DNA of 64,000 bases. Source: Raillietiella orientalis. Taxonomy: Eukaryota. The DNA is taken from the NCBI GenBank assembly GCA_036172245.1, contig JAYWIR010000100.1, positions 1 through 64,000 on the forward strand, read 5' to 3'. Positions within the stretch are counted from its first letter, which is position 1; each line of letters opens with the position of its first letter. Both the position numbers and the translations under genes were made by a program. Below are positions 1 through 8,300 of the stretch, piece by piece. The notes beneath the pieces are model-generated. The model was not told the DNA's origin. It ran no database searches and saw only the letters and a program-made list of their open reading frames with translations.

Positions 1-317
1 CTAGAGTGAAAGAATGATCAAAAGAAGGAGACGAATAAGAAGATTTCTGAGATAATAAATATGATTATTGCAAATTTAAATGTTTTTATTATTCTTATCG
101 GAAGAATACCAATAAATGAGGATTCTCGTTTCATGTCTTTCCCCCAGAGGAACATGTTTAAAATTGTGGTTATAATGCATAGGATGATGGGTGAGTATAT
201 TTTGTGTATGAGGCATGTTAGGGAGAGGGTTATTGATGGGAGTGATATAGAGATGAGAATAGGTCAAGGTCTGTATTGGTGGATGAAGAAGGGTTGGTGG
301 TTTGTTATTGTGGTTAT
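1..317 (-). CDS. cox3: Cytochrome c oxidase subunit III, 5' part (mitochondrial-type, in probable NUMT; truncated by window edge)
   Basis: Code 5 translation: MTTMTNHQPFFIHQYSPWPILIS...FLWGKDMKRESSFIG...FIISEIFLFVSFFWSFFHS, with the SPWP, D..RE and SE..FF..FFW.F.HS motifs of COX3. Start is ATA at 317 or 308. Confidence 0.93.
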
Positions 318-948
318 TTTTTGTGTATAGTGATGTTAGTGTGGTGAAAATATAAGCTTGAATAAAGGCTATGGTGATTTCTAGTATTATAATGGGAATG
401 GATGGAATGAGATTTGTGAGTTTGTCGGAGAGTATAACGATAAGGATGTGTCCGGTAGTGATGTTAGCTGTTAATCGTAGTGATAGGGATATGGGTTGTA
501 TTATTAGTCTGATGATTTCTAGTAAGGGGATAAATGGAGAAAGTGAAGGAGGGGTTCCTTGGGGAGTGAGATGGGCTAGGAAGTTTGAGTAATTTTTTAT
601 GATGGCGAATATTTGTCTAGATGTTCATAGTGGGATGGCGAGGGATATTGATAGGAATAGATGGGCTGATGAGGGGAATGTATAGGGGGTAAGTCTTGAT
701 AAGTTTAGGAGGGCAATGGTAGTTAGTAAGGCAATAAATATTTTAATTGATGTGGTGGTTTGACGGTGTAGGTTGTTGTTGATGGTTTTTGTTAATATTT
801 TTATTGGCTCGGCAATGGATAGTTTGGATATTGTCGGTATTAACCATATAGGATAGGAAATGATTAGTAAGATACCGATGGAAGTAGGAATGAAATATGG
901 TGGGGTTATAGTATAGGGGTCTAGGGGGGTGAAGATGGAGTTTATCAT
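314..948 (-). CDS. atp6: ATP synthase F0 subunit a (mitochondrial-type; expected stop is out of frame)
   Basis: MMNSIFTPLDP...LTPYTFPSSAHL...IPLW...FLAHLTPQGTP...LEIIS..QPMSLSLRLTANITTGH...LEITMAFIQAYIFTTLTSLY. The ATG at 948 lies in the ATGATAA overlap with atp8. The TAA at 316-314 follows an A6 run and is one base out of frame. Confidence 0.93.
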
Positions 949-1088
949 AGTCATTTGGTATTTCTTTTGTGTTGTATATGGGATAGGGATGGTCTAATGT
1001 AGATAGGGATGAGTAGGGTTATGCTTATGGTTAGGGTAGTAAAGAGGATGTATAGGGGTAGTCAGAATATTGGTGTTAAATGAGGTAT
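942..1088 (-). CDS. atp8: ATP synthase F0 subunit 8 (48 aa, mitochondrial-type)
   Basis: ATA start; MPHLTPMFWLPLYILFTTLTMSMTLLIPIYISPSLSHMQHKSNTKWLW*. It has an MPQL-like N-terminus, a KWxW* C-terminus and the 7-nt ATGATAA overlap with atp6. Confidence 0.9.
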
Positions 1089-1099
1089 TGAATAAATTC

Positions 1100-1159
1100 T
1101 AGAATTTATTTTACTAATTACAACTTGACAAGTTATTGTTATTTTTTAACTAAAATTCT
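1100..1159 (-). tRNA. trnD: Mitochondrial tRNA-Asp (GUC), T-arm reduced or absent
   Basis: Acceptor stem AGAATTT/AAATTCT; D-arm GTTA-AAAAA-TAAC; anticodon arm ATAAC-TTGTCAA-GTTGT; only 12 nt (AATTAGTAAAAT) between the anticodon arm and the acceptor 3' strand. Lies just upstream of atp8. Confidence 0.88.
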
Positions 1160-1814
1160 AATTTTTGATTATGTGGATAAAATCTTTTGCTCTTACTGAG
1201 TTAAGTTGGATGGGTATGAATCTGTGATTGATGCCGCAAATTTCGGAGCATTGGCCGAATAATACGCCGGGTTTGTCTAGGAAGATGGCTTGTTGGTTAA
1301 GTCGTCCGGGAATGGCATCGATTTTGATTCCTAGGGATGGGATAGTTCATGAATGAAGAACGTCTGATGACGTGATGATTATGCGAATTATTGTATTATA
1401 AGGTAAGATTAGGTGGTTGTCTGTAGCTAGTAGTCGTAGAAGGTTTCTGTTTGGTGTTATGAAGGAGTCGAATTTGGTTTTTTTGAAAGTTGAATATTCG
1501 TATGTTCAGAATCATTGATTGGCGATTGATTTAATAGTTAGGGAGGGTAGGTAGCTGGTATCTAGGAGATAGAGGATGTGTAAGGAGGGGAGTATGATTA
1601 GTAGGAGGATGAGTGAGGGTAGGGAGGTTCAGATGAGTTCTATGAAGTGGTTTTTGAGTAATATGAAATTGGTGTAGGAATTGTGAAGGTAGATGAAAGT
1701 GTTGTACAGGATTATTAAACAGATGATGGTTAGAGTAATTATGATGTAATCGTGTAGTAGGATGAGGTGTTCTATGAGAGGGGAGTATGCGTTTTGAAAT
1801 ATGAGTGATGTTAT
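1158..1814 (-). CDS. cox2: Cytochrome c oxidase subunit II (218 aa, uninterrupted in code 5)
   Basis: [23 protein letters not shown]...ELIWT...NQWFWTYEY...[24 protein letters not shown]...[17 protein letters not shown]. CuA ligands are intact. 657 nt from ATA to TAG, with the TAG overlapping trnD. Confidence 0.97.
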
Positions 1815-1868
1815 TGCTAAATATTATTGATGGATTTTAAGTCCAGTGCATTGAATTGCTATGTTAGT
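1815..1868 (-). tRNA. trnL2: Mitochondrial tRNA-Leu (UAA), T-arm-less with a poorly paired acceptor stem
   Basis: ACTAACA TA GCA-ATTCAA-TGC A CTGGA-CTTAAAA-TCCAT CAATAAT ATTTAGC A. It has a TAA anticodon loop, resembles arthropod trnL2, and directly abuts the cox2 start. Confidence 0.8.
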
Positions 1869-1915
1869 ATGTTTAGTTATGATGGGTGGATTAATGGGTA
1901 ATTATGAGTGTGGGG

Positions 1916-2320
1916 TTAGAGGATGTGACATGTTGAACTTTGATTTATTATGTAATTTGTGTTGTGGAAATAATTGGTAGATGAGTTGGTTAGATTAATT
2001 GTTTGTTTAATGATGGGTTGTGGTGTGAGACGGGATATACGATGGGGTTGTTTTATGGCTCATTGTGTGTATGAAGGATATTTATTAATGGTTGTAGGGT
2101 TTTTGACGAGTATGTTGGATTTGGATTTGAAGATTTTGCGAATTGTATGTTTTCATGATTGTAGTCATTGCTTGATGGTTAATTTGATAATTAGGTGGGG
2201 TATGTAGTTGTTATTCAATAGGAAAATGATAGATAGAGATGGGAATGTATATATTAGGGGTGTAAGTAATGGGAGTGCATTCCAAAAGTTTTTGAGGGTG
2301 GAGATTAGTTTTTTTAGTAT
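1916..2320 (-). CDS. Unassigned ORF in mitochondrial code (134 aa from ATA 2320; possibly 5'-truncated by the junction)
   Basis: Open only in code 5 (three in-frame TGA). Same strand as cox2 and ends at TAA 1918-1916. I counted 14 TAA triplets in the interval, all in the other two frames. I see no resemblance to any of the 13 canonical mitochondrial proteins. Confidence 0.5.
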
Positions 2321-2326
2321 ATTTTT

Positions 2327-5300
2327 AAAAACACATGAAAAATATCTTCCGTTTGTGAAATACGGTGAATCTCAATGATTGGTATCCTGTGTGCAACACT
2401 GGTTTCCTTGACAATGAATAAAATTTCAAACTATTCATACTTTTGCAATCAAGCAAGAGACCACAATCTGCAATACAATTGTCCTCAATTCACAATTTTA
2501 CAAAGCAAAAGTATGCAGTATGCAGATTGATACTCTTTTGAGCAACACGCATTTCGATGAATTAGCAACAAAAAACAAAGCCAGATAAATATCTCAATTT
2601 CCTCGAATGAACAAATTCCGCGCACAATTCACCAACAATATGGAGGAAGAGGAATGGCTCTCCACTGTTTGCAGCATTGCTCCCTGCTTTGATCATCTTG
2701 AACAGAATCCGTTGTGAAGAGCTGAGATGCCTCCGTGAGTAGACATAAGAAAACTCTTCTAAGAATCCCAACCTTTCTATTACAATTTAGTTTAGAGGTT
2801 TCAGCAGTATGCAATTGTCACAATCGTCGCGTTGAGGTGAGTGCACCAGTTGCACACTTCGTTTCGATGTCAAGTCGGCACCCGCAGCATCGCCAATTGT
2901 GGTCCCTTCTATTATCCGTTTCTTGAATAATATCGGGATTTTTTTTTGTAATGCTCTGCTTCATGCCTTTCATCCAAAACAGAAATTCCTTTCCTCTGCA
3001 CACCACTAAACGTACAATTGGAAATAGCTTCATCTATTGATTTCCAAACCAGTTGTTTTGTCCTTCTCTGAGCATTCGTGAACCTAACAAACTCCGTATA
3101 TCGCAGTTGTCACATGTGACCCGAAGTTGAAATGTTAAAATGCTTGCAAGTGTTTGCAAATAACCTTACGGATTCTTCCATCGTTGATGCCGATTGAGGT
3201 TATATTCCAGTGAGTATTGTGTACAGTTTTTTGAATGAGAACTGCAAAAGATACGGAGCCCCTATATTCTCATTTCGATTAATCAGACGCACCCACTCGA
3301 ACTGTTGACGTGTTATTCCAGTGTTTAGAAATCTCTGGTTTTCACTTTCCTCTCTATTCCATTGTCAAAATACGCGATTTTCTTGTAAATGAATTATACG
3401 CGGAAGCCCTTCCGTGATGGGAACATATTTTCAAAAACACATGAAAAATATCTTCCGTTTTCGAAATACGATAAATCTCAAGGATTCTAATTTAGGGTGC
3501 AACATTGCTTTCCTTGACAATGAATAAAATTCCAAACTATTTATGCTTTTCCAAGCAAGCAAGAGACCACATGCTGCAACGCAATTGTTCTCAATTCACA
3601 ATTTTTCAAAGCAAATGTATCCAGTATGTAGATGTATACTCTATTTAGGGACACGCATTTCGATAAGCTTTAAACAAAAAACGAAGCCTACTAAAGATGT
3701 GAATTTCCTCGAATAAAGAAATTCCGTCCAGAATCATGAACAATATGGAGCAAGAGGAATAGTTTTCCTCTGTGCGCAGCATTGCTCCCTGCTTTGATCA
3801 TCTTGAACTGGATCCGTTATGAAGTGCTGAGGTGCCTACGTGAAGAGACAGAAGATGTCACTTCTAAGAATTCCAACCTTGCTACTACAATTTAGATTAG
3901 AGGTTACAGCAGTATGTAATTGTCACAAGCGTCGCGTTGAGCTTAGTGCAGAAGTTCCACATTTCGTTTCGATGTCAATTCGGCAATCAAAGCATCGCCA
4001 ATGGTGTTGCTTTCTATAATGTTTTCCCAAATGATGTCGAGATTTTTATTGGAAAGCTCCGCATCATGCTTTTCATCCATAACAGAAATTGCTTTTCCTT
4101 GCACACCACTAAACGTACACCTTGATTAGCATCATCTATGCATTTGCAAACCTGTTGTTTTGTCCTTCTCTAAGCACTCCTGAACCAAACAAACTCCGTA
4201 TATCGTAGTTGTCATATGTGATCAGAAGTTGAAATGTTAATTTGCTTGCGAGGCTTTACAAATAACTCGACGCATTCCTCGTTTGTTAACGACGATTGAA
4301 TTTATATTCCGGTGAGTATTGTGTACTGCTGCTTTGCATGAGAACAGCAAAAAAAGCGAACCCCTTATATGGACTTCTGGCCTTTTAGGACGCTCAAACT
4401 TAAACAGTTGACACGATATTCCAGTGTTTCAAAAAATCTATGGTTGCCACTTTGCTTTCTTTTGCATTGTCGTCATTGGCGATTTTCATGTGAGCGAATT
4501 ATACTTGAAAGCCCTTTTGCTGAGTCAAACATATTTTCAAAAACACATGAAAAATATCTTCCGTTTGTGAAATGCGGTGAATCTCAATCATTGGTATCCT
4601 GTGTGGAACATTGTTTTCCTTGACAATGAATGAAATTTCAAACGATTCATACTTTTGCAATTAAGCAAGAGACCACAATCTGCAATAGAATTGTCCTCAA
4701 TTCACAATTTCACAAAGCAAAAGTATGCAGTATGCAGATGGAAGCCCTTTTGAGCAACACGCATTTCGACGGACCTGCAAGAAAATACAAAGATGACTCA
4801 AGATGTCACTTTCCTCGAATGAACAAATTACGCTCACAATTCACCAACAATATGGAGGAAGAGGAATGGCTCTCCACTGTTTGCAGCATTGCTCCCTGCT
4901 TTGATCATCTTGAACAGAATCCGTTGTGAAGAGCTGAGATGCCTCTGTGAGTAGACATAAGAAAACTCTTCTTAAAATCCCAACCTTTCTATTACAATTT
5001 AGTTTAGAGGTTTCAGCAGTATGCAATTGTCACAATCGTCGCGTTGAGGTGAGTGCACCAGTTGCACACTTCGTTTCGATGTCAAGTCGGAAGCCGCAGC
5101 ATCGCCAATTGTGGTCCCTTCTATTATCCGTTTCTTGAATAATATCGGGATTTTTTTTTGTAATGCTCTGCTTCATGCCTTTCATCCAAAACAGAAATTC
5201 CTTTCCTCTGCACACCACTAAACGTACAATTGGAAATAGCTTCATCTATTGATTTCCAAACCAGTTGTTTTGTCCTTCTCTGAGCATTCGTGAACCTAAC

Positions 5301-8300
5301 AAACTCCGTATATCGCAGTTGTCACATGTGACCCGAAGTTGAAATGTTAAAATGCTTGCAAGTGTTTGCAAATAACCTTACGGATTCTTCCATCGTTGAT
5401 GCCGATTGAGGTTATATTCCAGTGAGTATTGTGTACAGTTTTTTGAATGAGAACTGCAAAAGATACGGAGCCCCTATATTCTCATTTCGATTAATCAGAC
5501 GCACCCACTCGAACTGTTGACGTGTTATTCCAGTGTTTAGAAATCTCTGGTTTTCACTTTCCTCTCTATTCCATTGTCAAAATACGCGATTTTCTTGTAA
5601 ATGAATTATACGCGGAAGCCCTTCTGCGATGGGAACATATTTTCAAAAACACATGAAAAATATCTTCCGTTTTCGAAACACGATGAATTTCAAGGATTCT
5701 CCTTTGGTGTGCAACATTGGTTTCCTTGACAATGAATAAAATTCCAAACTATTTATGCTTTTACAAGCAAGCAAGAGACCACATGCTGCAACGCAATTGT
5801 TCTCAATTCACAATTTTTCAAAGCAAATGTATCCAGTATGTAGATGTATACTCTATTTAGGGACACGCATTTCGATAAGCTTTAAACAAAAAACGAAGCC
5901 TACTAAAGATGTGAATTTCCTCGAATAAAGAAATTCCGTCCAGAATCATGAACAATATGGAGCAAGAGGAATAGTTTTCCTCTGTGCGCAGCATTGCTCC
6001 CTGCTTTGATCATCTTGAACTGGATCCGTTATGAAGTGCTGAGGTGCCTACGTGAAGAGACAGAAGATGTCACTTCTAAGAATTCCAACCTTGCTACTAC
6101 AATTTAGATTAGAGGTTACAGCAGTATGTAATTGTCACAAGCGTCGCGTTGAGCTTAGTGCAGAAGTTCCACATTTCGTTTCGATGTCAATTCGGCAATC
6201 AAAGCATCGCCAATGGTGTTGCTTTCTATAATGTTTTCCCAAATGATGTCGAGATTTTTATTGGAAAGCTCCGCATCATGCTTTTCATCCATAACAGAAA
6301 TTGCTTTTCCTTGCACACCACTAAACGTACACCTTGATTAGCATCATCTATGCATTTGCAAACCTGTTGTTTTGTCCTTCTCTAAGCACTCCTGAACCAA
6401 ACAAACTCCGTATATTGTAGTTGTCATTAGTGATCAGAAGTTGAAATGTTAAAATGCTTGAAAGTGTTTGCAATTAACTCGACGTATTCTTCCATCCTTG
6501 ATTCCAATTGAGGTTATATTCCAGTGAATATTGTTTACAGCTTTTTTTTATGAGAACAGAAGCAGAAACGAAGCTTGTATATCGTCTTACGTCCCCTCCG
6601 CAATCCCCAATTCAAGCAGTTGACACCATATTCCAATGTGTTACCAAATCTCTGGCTACCACTTACCTTTCTTTTCTTTTGTCGTCATCATCACTTTCTT
6701 GTACGCGAATAATACCGAAAAGTGCTTGTGCAATGTCAAACATATTTCGAAGAACACGCCAAAATATCTTCCGTTACCGAAATACGATTTATCTCAATGA
6801 TTCGTCTTTGGTGTGCAACACTGGTTTCCTTGAGAATGAAGAAAATTCAAAACTTTTCATGCTTTTCAATGCAATCAAGAGACCACATTCTACAACGCTA
6901 TTGTTCTAGATTTACAATTTCACAAAGCAAAAGTACGCAGTATGCAGATGGAAGCCCTTTTGAGCAACACGCATTTCGACGGACCTGCAAGAAAAAACAA
7001 AGATGACTCAAGATGTCACTTTCCTCGAATGAACAAATTCCGTGCACAATTGATCAACAATATGGAGGAAGAGAAATGGCTCTCCACTGTTTCCAGCATT
7101 GCTCCCTGCTTTGATCATCTTGAACAGAATCCGTTGTGAAGTGCTGAGATGCCTCCGTGAGTAGACATAAGAGGTCTCTTCTAAGAATCCCAACCATTCT
7201 ATTACAATTTAGCTTAGAGGCTTCAGCAGTATGCAATTGTCACAATGGTCTCGTTGAGGTGAGTGCACCAGTTGCACACTTCGTTTCGATGTCAAGTCGG
7301 CACCCGCAGCATCGCCAATTGTGGTCCCTTCTATAACCCGTTTCTTGAATAATATCGGGATTTTTTTTTGTAATGCTCTGCTTCATGCCTTTCATCCAAA
7401 ACAGAAATTCCTTTCCTCTGCACACCACTAAACGTACAATTGGAATAGCATCATCTATTGATTTCCAAACCAGTTGTTTTGTCCTTCTCTGAGCATTCGT
7501 GAACCTAACAAACTCCGTATATCGCAGTTGTCACATGTGACCCGAAGTTGAAATATTAAAATGCTTGCAAGTGTTTGCAAATAACCCGAAGGATTCTTCC
7601 ATCGTTGATGCCGATTGAGGTTATATTCCAGTAAGTATTGTGTACAGATTTTTGAATGAGAACTGCAAAAGATACGAAGCCCTTATATTCTCATTTCGAT
7701 TGGTCAGACGCACCCACTCGAACTTTTGACGTGTTATTCCAATGTTTAGAAATCTCTGGTTTCCACTTTCTCTCTTTTCCATTGTCGGCATACGCGATTT
7801 TCTTGTAAATGAATTATACCCGGAAGCCCTTCCGCGATGGGAACATATTTTCAAAAACACATGAAAAATATCTTCCGTTTTCGAAATACGATGAATCTCA
7901 AGGATTCTCCTTTGGTGTGCAACATTGGTTTCCTTGACAATGAATAAAATTCCAACCTATTTATGCTTTTACAAACAAGCAAGAGACCACATTCTGCAAC
8001 GCAATTGTTCTCAATTCACAGTTTTTCAAAGAAATGTATGCAGTATGTAGATGTATACTCTTTTTAGGGACACGCATTTCGATAAGCTTTAAACGGAAAA
8101 CCAAGCCTACAAAAGATGTGAATTTCCTCGAATAAAATAATTCCCCCAAAATCATGAACAATATGGAGCAAGAGGAATAGTTTTCCTCTGTTTGCAGCAT
8201 TGCTCCCTGCTTTGATCATCTTGAACAGAATCCGTTGTGAAGTGCTGAGATGCCTCCGTGAGTAGACATAAGAAATCTCTTCTAAGAATCCCAACATTTC

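Larger units (their letters stand above)
1..2326 (-). other. Mitochondrial-derived segment (probable recent NUMT) abutting a satellite array; continues off the left edge
   Basis: Contiguous cox2-trnD-atp8-atp6-cox3 readable only with the invertebrate mitochondrial code. The coding strand is A+C-rich and G-poor. The sequence switches abruptly to the 1.1-kb satellite at ~2319-2331. Confidence 0.85.

Noticed and set aside
61..592. Plus-strand ORFs 61-330 and 371-592
   Set aside because: They are antisense shadows of cox3 and atp6.
1974..2207. Plus-strand 77-aa ORF with a faint nad4L-like VYEG.L motif
   Set aside because: The similarity is limited to a few residues, and the ORF lies antisense to the longer minus-strand ORF on a G+T-rich strand where stops are scarce.
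1869..2326. Ordinary cox1 3' end or mitochondrial control region
   Set aside because: No COX1 motifs (e.g. GMPRRY) in the minus-strand frames I read, and no tandem repeats or extreme AT enrichment typical of a control region. A non-coding spacer cannot be fully excluded.
2857..2880. cttcgtttcgatgtcaagtcggca as a CENP-B box
   Set aside because: It does not fit the NTTCGNNNNANNCGGGN spacing or core.
3109..3120. GTCACATG match to the budding-yeast CDEI element
   Set aside because: An 8-bp match with no CDEII/CDEIII context, in an animal satellite, and absent from other subfamilies.
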